Source of the DNA: a plasmid | Length of the DNA stretch: 64,000 nt | Sequence record: NZ_CP035507.1 | Strand: one strand, 5' to 3' | Shown: positions 1-9,029 of the stretch, one piece after another | Numbering within the stretch: the stretch's first letter is position 1 | How the letters are laid out: the number at the start of each line of letters is the position of its first letter | The notes under the pieces: generated by a model | Databases searched by the model: none | Seen by the model: only the letters and a program-made list of their open reading frames with translations | What the model was told of the DNA's origin: nothing | Program-made: the position numbers and the translations under genes

Positions 1-100
1 CAGATTTAGAAAGTGCTTGCGCGAATCTGATCGGTCAGGCAATAGTCTCGAAAAATACCGCGCGGTCACATAAAAATCGCGCCCACGGATCGAGCAGGGC

Positions 101-1294
101 ATGACCGAGATAGACAAAGACCTCGACGTCGCCATTGGCCACTACGCCGAACTCCTGGCTTCTAACCTGCATGCACAACGCGCAGCGCACTTCCCACCCG
201 ACGCGAAGAAGGTGATGCGCAGCTTGACGAGCGGCGAAGCGGCCGAGTTGCTCGGTGTCGATCATACCTATCTTCGCAAGCTTCATCGGGAAGGCAAGAT
301 CACCGACGTAGAGACGACGGCCGGTAGCCATCGCCGCTACACCCTCGACGATGTCTGGGAGATCAGACAAAGCCTTGAGGCCAACGCCAAGAAGCCGGGA
401 ACCTACGTGCCGGGCCGTCGCAAGGGCGACGAGCTGCAGGTCATCTCTGTTGTGAATTTCAAGGGTGGCTCTGGCAAGACCACGACATCAGCACACCTGG
501 CACAGAGACTTGCGTTCAAGGGTTATCGGGTGCTGGCCATTGATCTGGATCCACAGGCGTCATTGTCCGCCTTGCACGGGATCCAGCCTGAACTGGACCT
601 CATGGAGGGGGGGACGCTGTACGACGCAGTCCGTTATGACGACCCTGTCCCGGTTTCCGACGTCATCAGGAAGACGTACATCCGTGGCTTGGATCTCATT
701 CCTGGCAATCTCGAGCTCATGGAGTTCGAGCATGAGACCCCGGCGGCGATCCAGCGCGGTGGCGCCCGCGCCTTCTTCGCGAGAGTCCGTGACGCCCTCG
801 ACAGCGTCGAAGGCGACTATGATGTCGTCGTGATCGACTGCCCTCCGCAACTGGGCTTCCTGACCATGTCTGCCCTCTCCGCTTCGTCAGGGGTTCTGGT
901 TACTGTCCACCCGCAGATGCTTGACCTCATGTCCATGTCGCAGTTCCTGCGGATGACGGCCGACCTGTTGGGCGTGATCCGTGACGCGGGCGCCAACCTG
1001 CGGTTCGATTGGCTCCGGTTCCTGCCGACCCGTTACAAGGTGGGCGACGCCCCACAGACCGAGGTGATCGCCTTCATCCGCGGGCTCTTCGGGCGTTCGG
1101 TGCTGACGAACCACATGGTCGAGTCGACGGCGATCTCGGATGCCGGGCTGACCAAGCAGACCTTGTATGAGGCGGACAAGAAGGACTTCACGCGCCAGAC
1201 CTTCGACCGCGCCATCGAGTCCATGAATGCCGTCAACGACGAGATCGCTGCGATCATCCAGAGCACGTGGGGACGCAATGGCAAGAAAGCCTAA
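101..1294 (+). CDS. repA: RepA (ParA-family partition ATPase with N-terminal HTH) of a repABC replicon
   Basis: 397 aa. Walker A KGGSGKTT (deviant ParA type). N-terminal MerR-like HTH typical of RepA. Followed by overlapping repB and then repC. Confidence 0.85.
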   Translation: MTEIDKDLDVAIGHYAELLASNLHAQRAAHFPPDAKKVMRSLTSGEAAELLGVDHTYLRKLHREGKITDVETTAGSHRRYTLDDVWEIRQSLEANAKKPGTYVPGRRKGDELQVISVVNFKGGSGKTTTSAHLAQRLAFKGYRVLAIDLDPQASLSALHGIQPELDLMEGGTLYDAVRYDDPVPVSDVIRKTYIRGLDLIPGNLELMEFEHETPAAIQRGGARAFFARVRDALDSVEGDYDVVVIDCPPQLGFLTMSALSASSGVLVTVHPQMLDLMSMSQFLRMTADLLGVIRDAGANLRFDWLRFLPTRYKVGDAPQTEVIAFIRGLFGRSVLTNHMVESTAISDAGLTKQTLYEADKKDFTRQTFDRAIESMNAVNDEIAAIIQSTWGRNGKKA

Positions 1295-2210
1295 ATTGGG
1301 ACTGCCCTTGCAGACCTTGCGCAATGCCCCTGACGCTCTTGAGGGGCGCAGGCTGCGGGGCGGCGTGTTCGAGATCGAGCCTGACCATGTCGAGACCGTG
1401 GGCAGGCTGGATGACCGTCTTCAAATCGAGATTGCCGGGCTGAAGGCATCGATCTCCAGAAGTGGCCAACGGGTGCCGATCCTCGTGCGACCTCTCGAAG
1501 GGGATCGCTACAGCCTGATCTACGGGCGGCGTCGGCTTGAAGCCTGCCGGGATCTCGGGATCAAGGTCCGTGCGATCGTCACCGAAATGGACGGGGATCA
1601 GGCGCTTCGGGATCAGCTGCTCGAGAACCAAGAACGCCGCGACCTGAGCTTCATCGAACGTGCCTTGGTGGCGGCAGCCTTGCTCAATGGCGATCACCTG
1701 GGAGAGGCGGAACGCACCAACAAGGGCGTGGCAGAGGTTCTAGGTCTTACCGAAGCTGGTGTGTCGCAGCTGTTAAGCGTCGTCCGCGCGGTTGGCGAGA
1801 GCCTCGTCCTAGCGATAGGTGCTGCGCCAGGTATCGGCCGGCCTCGTTGGGAGGAACTCAAGAAGTCACTGGGCGATGCATCTGTGGACCGCGAGAACCT
1901 CGCTGCACTAGCGGCAGAGACCAGGTCCTCTCACTCCGGTGGACCTGACGAAAAGTCGGACGCCGCGTTCCTGGCCGTCCTCGCCGCAGTGGTGCAGGCA
2001 GAGCGGCCGACCCGCCCATCAAGCCCCCGAGGGGCACCTAGTGTGGCCATTCCGGGTGTCGGGGCTGCAACCATCGCGACAGGGCGCCGCGGCCGACAGT
2101 TCAAGCTCGAGCTGAAGGCCGAGGACAGAGATTTTGTCAGCTGGCTTGAGGGCAAGGCCCCGCAGCTGATCGCCGAGCTTCACGAGCGCTGGAAGCGCAA
2201 GGAAGACTGA
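1278..2210 (+). CDS. repB: RepB (ParB-family partition protein)
   Basis: ATG at 1278 is in frame with track ORF 1227..2210 and starts MARKPKLG. ParB N-terminal domain motifs are present (GQRVPILVRP, LIYGRRRLEA). It overlaps the repA stop by a few nt (coupled). Confidence 0.8.
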   Translation: MARKPKLGLPLQTLRNAPDALEGRRLRGGVFEIEPDHVETVGRLDDRLQIEIAGLKASISRSGQRVPILVRPLEGDRYSLIYGRRRLEACRDLGIKVRAIVTEMDGDQALRDQLLENQERRDLSFIERALVAAALLNGDHLGEAERTNKGVAEVLGLTEAGVSQLLSVVRAVGESLVLAIGAAPGIGRPRWEELKKSLGDASVDRENLAALAAETRSSHSGGPDEKSDAAFLAVLAAVVQAERPTRPSSPRGAPSVAIPGVGAATIATGRRGRQFKLELKAEDRDFVSWLEGKAPQLIAELHERWKRKED

Positions 2211-2249
2211 GGAAGAGCAACAACCAAAAAGGAGGCACGAGACAGGCAG

Positions 2250-2330
2250 AAAAGAAAAAGGCCCCGAGAAGCAAGCTTCACGAGACCTTTCTTAGGTTTC
2301 GCACGGGACCAGCCCGCTACAAAACTCAGT
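2250..2330 (-). ncRNA. candidate repABC counter-transcribed antisense RNA (ctRNA) in the repB-repC spacer; extent approximate
   Basis: Minus-strand rho-independent terminator: the stem gccccgagaagcaagcttcacgagacc (2261-2287) is followed on the minus strand by a U-run (plus-strand aaaagaaaaa, 2250-2260). repABC operons are known to carry a small antisense RNA exactly here. Confidence 0.4.
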
Positions 2331-2410
2331 TTTCGCACCTCTGAATGTAGCGATCTGGCCCCTTTCCCGCAAGCGCAAAGCGATTCGCGGGCCAGGGAAA
2401 TTTTGCCTTC

Positions 2411-3634
2411 GTGAATGACATCATGGAGTACACACCGATTTCGCCGTTTATGCGGCCGATCTCGCACGCCCATCTGCGCGTGGTCGAGCGGCCTGAGGTA
2501 TCTGTTCCGGGTAAGCCCATCAACAAGTGGGAACTCCTGCGCGAACTATCCAAGGCGCAAGCGGCCTTTGGGGTCACAGAACGTGATTTGACGGTCATGC
2601 AGGGTCTTCTCAGCTTCTTCCCGGACGATGCGCTTGGCGGGAACGCTGAAATGGTCGTCTTCCCGTCCAACAAGGCGATCTGCGAGCGGCTGAATGGCAT
2701 GCCCTGCTCCACCATGCGCAGGCACATTGCCCGCCTGGTGGACGCTGGCTTGCTCATGCGCCGCGATAGCCCCAACGGGAAGAGGTATGTCCGCAAGCAT
2801 GGCGAAGAGCGCGTGGCTTTCGGCTTCGATCTCTCGCCACTCTACTGCCGGTCCGAAGAGGTGGCACGGGCCGCAGAGGCCGTGCGTGAGGCCGAGGACC
2901 GTGTGCGGCGACTGCGGGAGGTCGTGAGCCTGATGCGGCGCGATCTCGCTGCCCTCGCGGAGTTTGGAGAGGAGATCCAGCCCGGCCTTGGCCTGTGGGA
3001 TCAGTTTCGCGACAAGGCTGTCCTCACAGCGCGCGCCCTGCGCCGCAAGCTCACGCTTGAGGAGCTCTCCGCATATCGGACCGACCTTGAAGCCCTTCTC
3101 GATCGCGCACGCAACGTCATTGATGGCCCTGAAACAGAAGAAATGAACACCAATGATGCCAGTTTTGAGCGCCACCATCATAATTCAAACAAAGAATCTA
3201 TAGATCTTGAACCTGCCTTAGAAAAAGACGGGGCGGCGGCCGCCGCGCCAGATGTTGAAACGGATGCACCTGGTGCTGACGTGGAAGAAGCGGACATAAG
3301 ACGCGTGCCAAAGATCCCGCTCCATCTGGTGATCGCTGGCTGCCCGTCGCTCAAAACCTTTTACCAAGGCGACATCCGCCATTGGCATCAGCTTTTCGAC
3401 GCGGCTTGCCATGTACGGCCCGCCATGGGGATCAGCGCGTCCGCTTGGGAAGAAGCGCAACGGTTCATGGGCCTCGAGCAGGCATCGATCGTTGTCGTCG
3501 CTATGCTGGAACGCTTTGCGGACATCCGGTCGCCCGGTGGCTACCTCCGTGCGCTGACATCCAAGGCAGCGGCGGGCGAGTTCTCCTGTGGGCCGATGGT
3601 CATGGCGCTGATGTCCCGGCGAAATGCTGCATAA
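2411..3634 (+). CDS. repC: RepC replication initiator
   Basis: 407 aa. RepC-family N-terminus (FGVTERDLTVMQGLLSFFPDD). Position is directly after repAB. Confidence 0.85.
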   Translation: MNDIMEYTPISPFMRPISHAHLRVVERPEVSVPGKPINKWELLRELSKAQAAFGVTERDLTVMQGLLSFFPDDALGGNAEMVVFPSNKAICERLNGMPCSTMRRHIARLVDAGLLMRRDSPNGKRYVRKHGEERVAFGFDLSPLYCRSEEVARAAEAVREAEDRVRRLREVVSLMRRDLAALAEFGEEIQPGLGLWDQFRDKAVLTARALRRKLTLEELSAYRTDLEALLDRARNVIDGPETEEMNTNDASFERHHHNSNKESIDLEPALEKDGAAAAAPDVETDAPGADVEEADIRRVPKIPLHLVIAGCPSLKTFYQGDIRHWHQLFDAACHVRPAMGISASAWEEAQRFMGLEQASIVVVAMLERFADIRSPGGYLRALTSKAAAGEFSCGPMVMALMSRRNAA

Positions 3635-3694
3635 CAGCTGTTAAGTCTCTTGGAGCGATCATCAAGTTCGGCGCGACTTTACAGCTGTTAAGTC
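3632..3694. repeat. candidate parS/centromere palindromes: TAACAGCTGTTA (perfect 12-bp palindrome overlapping the repC stop) and TTACAGCTGTTAAG ~45 bp downstream; a third half-site CAGCTGTTAAG lies inside repB (~1778)
   Basis: The 13-mer CAGCTGTTAAGTC occurs twice. The central CAGCTG fits the CNGCNG core of the repABC parS consensus GTTNNCNGCNGNNAAC, but the outer arms match only partly. Confidence 0.4.
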
Positions 3695-3803
3695 ACGCGG
3701 CGATGCGTCGGTAGCAGAAGAGAGAAAAAGGTTGGTGGTTGGAGGGGTGACGGGAAGTGAGATCGGGAGAGTGGCTCCTGGCGCCCGTCGCGGAGAAGAT
3801 CTG

Positions 3804-5975
3804 ATGGCGAAAGCAGCCCAGAAAATCACCCTGTCCCCCTCACGGGACATCCCCTTCGACAAGCTGGTGCTGAGCCAGTCCAACGTGCGGGGCATCAAGG
3901 CAGGCGTCTCGGTCGAGGAACTGGCGGAAGACATCGCACGGCGCGGTTTGCTGCAGGGCTTGAACGTCCGGCCCGTGGTCGATGCTGAAGGGGGCGAAAC
4001 CGGCATGTTCGAGATCCCGGCCGGCGGCCGTCGTTTCCAGGCGCTGTCGCTGCTGGTGAAGCAGAAGCGGCTGGCCAAGACCGCGCCGATCCCTTGTATC
4101 GTGCGGGATACGGCGTCGGAGATCCTCGCCGAGGACGACTCGCTGGCGGAGAACATGCAGCGCGTCGCCCTGCACCCGCTGGACCAGTTCCGCGCGTTTC
4201 AGGCCCTGCGCGAAAAGGGTCAGGACGAGGAAGCGATTGCGGCGGCCTTCTTCGTCACGCCGCAGATCGTCAAGCAGCGCCTGAAACTCGCGTCCGTGGC
4301 CCCTGCCCTGCTCGAGGTCTATGCCGAGGATGGCATGACGCTCGAACAACTGATGGCCTTCACCGTGAACCCCGATCATGCGCGTCAGGCGCAGGTCTGG
4401 GAGGCGATCAAGAACTCCTGGAACAAGGAGCCCTATGCCATCCGGCGCATGCTGACCGAGACCTCGGTCCGGGCGTCTGATCGTCGCGCGGTCTTCGTCG
4501 GCGTCGATGCCTATGAGGCGGCGGGCGGTGTCGTGCTACGTGATCTCTTCCAGGGCGACGACGGTGGTTGGCTCGAGAACCCTGCCCTCCTTGACCGGCT
4601 GGTTGCCGAGAAGCTCCAGGCCGAAGCCGAGGCACTGGCCTCCGAGGGCTGGAAGTGGATCGAGGTGGCGACCGACCTGCCCTATGGCTACAGTCACGGT
4701 CTGCGGCGTCTTGCCGGTGATCCCGCGCCGATGACCGACGAGGAAAGCGCGGCCCACGCTTCGCTCCTCGCCGAGTATCGCGGGCTTAAGGAGGAATACT
4801 CCGGCCAAGATGAATATCCCGAGGAGATCGACGCTCGCCTCGGTCAACTCGAGACAGCGATGGAAGCACTCGAACAACGGCCTCTGATCTACGATGATGC
4901 CGAGATCCCGCGCGCGGGCGTCTTCGTCACGCTGGATCGGGATGGCAGCCTTGCGGTCTATCGTGGCTATATCCGGCCCGAGGACGAGCCGCGCGAGGAG
5001 ACCGCGGTCCAGGATGGTGATGGCGCGGATGCCATGGGGCAGGGGGGTGATGTCGGTGTTTCCAACTGGAAATCGTCGGCGACCTCTGCTGGCGGCACCG
5101 TTATTACTTCGGGTGCTCAGTCGAGCGGTGCGGATGCGTCCGATGAGGAAGATGACGGCGCGCTGAAGCCGTTGCCCGAACGGCTGGTCGTGGAATTGAC
5201 CGCCCACCGGACCCTCGCGCTGCGCGAAGCCATCGGTCGGTCGCCCGACGTCGCGCTGACGCTCCTGCTCCTGAAGCTGGTGACGGATACCTTCCGCACC
5301 TCCTCTGCCTCGGGGAGCTGCCTCGAAGCCTCGGTGCGCCATGTCTATATGTCCGTGCAGGCACCCGATCTGAAGGACAGCGTCGTGGCCAAGCTGGTCG
5401 ACGAACGTCACGCGGCCTGGGAAGCCGATCTGCCCCTCGGCGACGATGCTGGGCTCTGGGACTATCTGACAGTGCTCGACCAGGGCAGCCGTCTCGCCCT
5501 GTTGGCGCATTGCCTTAGCTTCGGGATCAATGCACTCCATGAGAAGGTGAACCCCTATGGGGCGGGTATCTCCGCCAGCGGCCTGACCCGTCGCATGGCG
5601 CATGCCGATCTCGTGGCGCGCGCGGTCGATCTCGACATGGTCGAGGCAGGCTGGGAGCCGACGGTAGACGGCTATCTCAACCGCGTGCCCAAGGCCCGAA
5701 TCCTCGAGGCTGTGCGCGAGGCGAAGGGGGAAGGGACCGCGCAGCTTCTCGATCACCTGAAGAAGGGCGAGATGGCCACCGAAGCCGAGCGGCTCCTCAA
5801 GGGCAGCGGCTGGTTGCCCGAGGTCCTGCGTCGCGCTGATCTGGCGGCAGGCGACGGCGAGGAGATCGCAGAAGGGCAGGGGGAGGATGCGGGCGAGCCC
5901 GACGACATCGATCTCCCAGCCTTCCTGACGGCTGATCTGCCGGACACCGTTACGTCGATGATGGCGGCGGAGTGA
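3804..5975 (+). CDS. ParB-like nuclease (ParB/Srx N-terminal domain) large protein, typical of conjugative-element leading regions
   Basis: ParB N-terminal motifs are present (FEIPAGGRRFQALSLL). Start MAKAAQKIT. The product is 724 aa from this start with a long acidic C-terminus. Confidence 0.65.
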   Translation: MAKAAQKITLSPSRDIPFDKLVLSQSNVRGIKAGVSVEELAEDIARRGLLQGLNVRPVVDAEGGETGMFEIPAGGRRFQALSLLVKQKRLAKTAPIPCIVRDTASEILAEDDSLAENMQRVALHPLDQFRAFQALREKGQDEEAIAAAFFVTPQIVKQRLKLASVAPALLEVYAEDGMTLEQLMAFTVNPDHARQAQVWEAIKNSWNKEPYAIRRMLTETSVRASDRRAVFVGVDAYEAAGGVVLRDLFQGDDGGWLENPALLDRLVAEKLQAEAEALASEGWKWIEVATDLPYGYSHGLRRLAGDPAPMTDEESAAHASLLAEYRGLKEEYSGQDEYPEEIDARLGQLETAMEALEQRPLIYDDAEIPRAGVFVTLDRDGSLAVYRGYIRPEDEPREETAVQDGDGADAMGQGGDVGVSNWKSSATSAGGTVITSGAQSSGADASDEEDDGALKPLPERLVVELTAHRTLALREAIGRSPDVALTLLLLKLVTDTFRTSSASGSCLEASVRHVYMSVQAPDLKDSVVAKLVDERHAAWEADLPLGDDAGLWDYLTVLDQGSRLALLAHCLSFGINALHEKVNPYGAGISASGLTRRMAHADLVARAVDLDMVEAGWEPTVDGYLNRVPKARILEAVREAKGEGTAQLLDHLKKGEMATEAERLLKGSGWLPEVLRRADLAAGDGEEIAEGQGEDAGEPDDIDLPAFLTADLPDTVTSMMAAE

Positions 5976-5987
5976 TCTGAGCCATCC

Positions 5988-6009
5988 GAGGGCGGGGAAG
6001 CCCGCCCTC
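5988..6009 (+). terminator. hairpin terminator after the ParB-like gene
   Basis: gagggcggg-gaag-cccgccctc, a perfect 9-bp stem. Confidence 0.5.
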
Positions 6010-6074
6010 ATCTCAACAAAATACAGCAATATCAATATGATGAATGCGAAATCTCGCATTCAGGATGAGGAATC

Positions 6075-6548
6075 ATGTCTGCAACGACCATCATCGACTC
6101 AGCCCCCCTCGGGGCGCTTATCCGCTACACCGACGGCAGTCCCAAGCCGCCGCCACGTTTCACCAAGAAGCTTGCGGCCTGGGAGCGCTCGAACGGCGTC
6201 GGTCGTCTCGTGAAGAAGGAACCGCCCAGGGTCTATCCGACCTGGACCGCTCCGGCCTCCTTCACGCTCCATGAGGGGAATTTCTCCTCGGACGGGGTCA
6301 TTCTCGTCACCATCATGCGCAGTCATTCGGCGGATAGCCGTCTGATCTTCGAGGTGGCCGAGGAACCGAAGCCCGGCCAGGTGCGCGTGCTTCTGGACTT
6401 CGGCGGGAATACCGAACTGCTGCATCTGGCGGAGTCCGTCACCGCAGCGGAGCTCTGGATCGCGCGGGAAGGTTATCGCAACGCGCGGCTTGAAATCGTC
6501 GACACTGAGGACGGCGATAGGGCAGGGGGTGCGGACCTGGCCGCCTGA
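6075..6548 (+). CDS. hypothetical protein
   Basis: 157-aa ORF. Preceded by aggatgagga (SD) and a 7-bp inverted repeat aatgcga-N5-tcgcatt. No recognisable motif. Confidence 0.45.
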   Translation: MSATTIIDSAPLGALIRYTDGSPKPPPRFTKKLAAWERSNGVGRLVKKEPPRVYPTWTAPASFTLHEGNFSSDGVILVTIMRSHSADSRLIFEVAEEPKPGQVRVLLDFGGNTELLHLAESVTAAELWIAREGYRNARLEIVDTEDGDRAGGADLAA

Positions 6549-7095
6549 GCCCTGACACTGCGTGAGGGGCCTGCCCATGGGCGGGCCCCTCACCGACCAC
6601 ATGAACCTCGTCCCGCGATGCCGCGGGGCGCAGAATTATTCATCCCCCAATTCGGAGGTTTTCAACCAAGAGTCTGCCCGGGAGGTTGGCGGCGTTAGAA
6701 ACATCAGCGGGACAATTGGCTCCAGTCGTCAGGGCACCTCCCCCGCTCGCCATACCCTTCCTTGCCCCGAATCATGTCTTCGAGATCAACCCGCATGGGG
6801 TCGGACTACGGGCAAGCCCGTGCCGCCGGATGGATTCGGGCGAGCCGAACGCACCCGGTGATGTCAGCCAGTCTTCGGGCCTGCGGGGTCCTGTCGCGCG
6901 GGGGATGGTCCCCCGCCTCCAAGACAGGAGCCAAACAGATGTCCCGCAAAGATGCACACGCCTTCGCCGCCTCCCTCGCCGCCACGCTTATGGTCTCGAT
7001 CGTCGTCTTCGAGGCAGGGGATGGAACCTTTGGCGCCGTCCCCGCCGATGAAATCGACGGCGACGAGGTTGTGATCGTCTCGGAATACGATCCCT
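6538..7095. repeat. direct repeat R1, copy A (~560 bp, ~90% identical to 22208-22760)
   Basis: Aligned by eye with copy B. It contains a 10-bp-stem hairpin (6562-6593), a CCCGCG-ATGC-CGCGGG hairpin, an almost invariant ~115-nt leader, and a 54-aa ORF. Confidence 0.85.
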
Positions 7096-7103
7096 TCGGG
7101 TGA
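6939..7103 (+). CDS. conserved small protein (54 aa; hydrophobic centre, acidic tail) inside repeat R1-A
   Basis: Strong SD acaggagccaaacag ATG. Differences from its paralog at 22606 are mostly synonymous (gca/gct, gcc/gct, ctc/ctt, ggg/ggc, gga/ggt, ttt/ttc), which indicates purifying selection on the protein. Confidence 0.6.
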   Translation: MSRKDAHAFAASLAATLMVSIVVFEAGDGTFGAVPADEIDGDEVVIVSEYDPFG

Positions 7104-7180
7104 GGCTTCGGCCTCACTTCCCGAGGGCCTGGGAAGGGTAGCGGTGCGCCACATGGCCCACCGTGGCCCGATTGATTTCC

Positions 7181-8014
7181 CTAGAATTGCCGATGGATTG
7201 GGCAGCTTTCATCAGCGGCCCAATCGGCAAAGCTCAGGTAGTAGACGCTGACGCTCGAGCGCCCGGAGACCATGGCCGCAAGGGCGGCAAGTGCGGCGCG
7301 ACCCCCGCCGTTGCAGTGGCTGACGATGGGTTTTCCGCCGTCGAGACCCGTCTCATCCAGCATCCGCGCAATGGTTGCCGCTGGCTTCAGGCGCGTTCCG
7401 TCCAGAAGGTCGGCATGGGAGAGGTTCCGTGCACCAGGCAGGTGTCCGCCTCGGCTATTCCCTTTCAGATCCTCCCCGCGATACTCGGCTTGCGTCCTCG
7501 CGTCGAATATCTGCACCCGGTCGAGTTCGTCCTTCAGCGTATTGCGGTCACGCAATCCGACCGATCCCGAACCCGGAACCAGAACAAGCTGTCCAATGTA
7601 CTCCGGAGCCTGCTGTGGAGACATATCGAGAGCATCCACACCACCGTTCAGCACAGCAGCGGGCAGGCCAAAATATTGCAGCATGAACCAGACGCGCGCC
7701 GCTTCGGTCATGCGGCCGTCGTCTATGACGACTGTCAGAGCGTCAGGCCCCAGTCCGAGCCGGGTGAATGCCTCCAGCCAATATGCGTCGTCATCCAGAC
7801 CCGACCGGCTCTTCAGGGCGTGGCGGACCCAATCGGCAATCGGAACGGTCCTCAGTCCCTCGATCTTTTCGTCTGCTGAGGGTACGTAAAGCAGGCGGAT
7901 CGGGCCGAGACCGGCCAGCTCACTCGCTTCAACCAACGGCCGCTGTTCCATCTGGCTGTGGTCCCCTCCAGTTCTTTCCCAAAAGTCGTCGCCATCATTT
8001 AGGCTTTGCGCCAT
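7181..8014 (-). CDS. thiosulfate sulfurtransferase (tandem rhodanese domains)
   Basis: Active-site CNGGGRAA in the C-terminal rhodanese domain. Two-domain architecture. Start codon uncertain. Confidence 0.7.
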   Translation of the reverse strand: MAQSLNDGDDFWERTGGDHSQMEQRPLVEASELAGLGPIRLLYVPSADEKIEGLRTVPIADWVRHALKSRSGLDDDAYWLEAFTRLGLGPDALTVVIDDGRMTEAARVWFMLQYFGLPAAVLNGGVDALDMSPQQAPEYIGQLVLVPGSGSVGLRDRNTLKDELDRVQIFDARTQAEYRGEDLKGNSRGGHLPGARNLSHADLLDGTRLKPAATIARMLDETGLDGGKPIVSHCNGGGRAALAALAAMVSGRSSVSVYYLSFADWAADESCPIHRQF

Positions 8015-8195
8015 TGGTTTCCAATCGGATCAGCTTCTTGCCCTGCGAACGGAGCTGGCAAGGCTCCGGTTCAAGTGATTGACAATCCGCCACCTTCCCG
8101 CGACAAAAAGGCATGGGGATCCGCGACCTCCCCACGAGGCGTCAGCTGAAGATCGCGTTCCATTCCCGAACGATTACTTCCGAGGAGGAACGCAT

Positions 8196-9029
8196 ATGCC
8201 TGCGCCCGACGCCATGTCTTGTGAACAACTTGCCCGCCTCGTGGGCACACCGAAAGCCCCTACCATCCTCGACGTGCGGCGCGAAGCCGTACGGGCGGGC
8301 GATCCCCGCCTTTTGCCTGGCGCGCGCGCCTTGGCCGAGGCAGACCTGTCGCCCGAGGGACTGGCACGGATTGCCGCCGGGTTCCAAGGCCCCGTGGTCG
8401 TGGTCTGCGCCGAGGGCCACCGTTTGAGCCAAGGCACTGCGGCCTGGCTGAGGCATGAGGGTGTGCATGCCGAGTATCTGCTGGGTGGACAGGCCGCGTG
8501 GACGGCGGCAAATCTTCCGCTCATCGACCCCGGCAAGATCACTGCTCGTGATGCACAGGAGCGGTCAATCTGGGTCACCCGGTCTCGGCCCAAAATCGAC
8601 CGCATCGCCTGTCCATGGCTCATTCGCCGTTTCATCGACCCGCACGCGGTGTTCCTGTTCGTGGCACCCGCCGAGGTGCAGGGCGTAGCCGAACGCTTCG
8701 GCGCCATGCCTTATGACATCGAGGGCGTCTTCTGGAGCCACCGGGACGACCTGTGCACCTTCGATGTGCTGCTGGCCGAGTTTGGCTTGTCGACCCCGGC
8801 GCTGGACCGGCTCGCACTGATCGTGCGGGGCGCAGACACGTCGCGTCCCGATCTTGCACCCGAATGTGCGGGTCTGCTGGCGGCTTCGCTGGGCCTATCG
8901 CGCATGTATTCCGACGACCTCGAACAACTGGAGGCAGGGATCGCACTTTACGACGCCTTCTATCGCTGGGCCCGGGACGCGACCGAAGAACAACACAATT
9001 GGCCGACCAACACAGGCAAACAGAAATGA
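8196..9029 (+). CDS. chrB: chromate resistance protein ChrB-like (rhodanese-like plus ChrB C-terminal domain)
   Basis: Start MPAPD with SD gaggagga. Directly upstream of chrA and translationally coupled to it (ATGA overlap). Confidence 0.6.
   Translation: MPAPDAMSCEQLARLVGTPKAPTILDVRREAVRAGDPRLLPGARALAEADLSPEGLARIAAGFQGPVVVVCAEGHRLSQGTAAWLRHEGVHAEYLLGGQAAWTAANLPLIDPGKITARDAQERSIWVTRSRPKIDRIACPWLIRRFIDPHAVFLFVAPAEVQGVAERFGAMPYDIEGVFWSHRDDLCTFDVLLAEFGLSTPALDRLALIVRGADTSRPDLAPECAGLLAASLGLSRMYSDDLEQLEAGIALYDAFYRWARDATEEQHNWPTNTGKQK

Noticed and set aside
4536-6059. 507-aa minus-strand ORF antisense to the ParB-like gene
   Set aside because: No motifs. It overlaps a motif-supported gene on the other strand. 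GC-frame artefact.
6538-7105. R1 repeats considered as IS elements or att sites
   Set aside because: No transposase, no terminal inverted repeats and no target duplication. At ~560 bp they are too long for an att core. Their content is leader plus a small gene.
8753-9025. 5' extension of the chrA track ORF (MHLRCAAG…)
   Set aside because: It overlaps chrB in another frame. The CHR-family N-terminus and the ATGA coupling point to the 9026 start.
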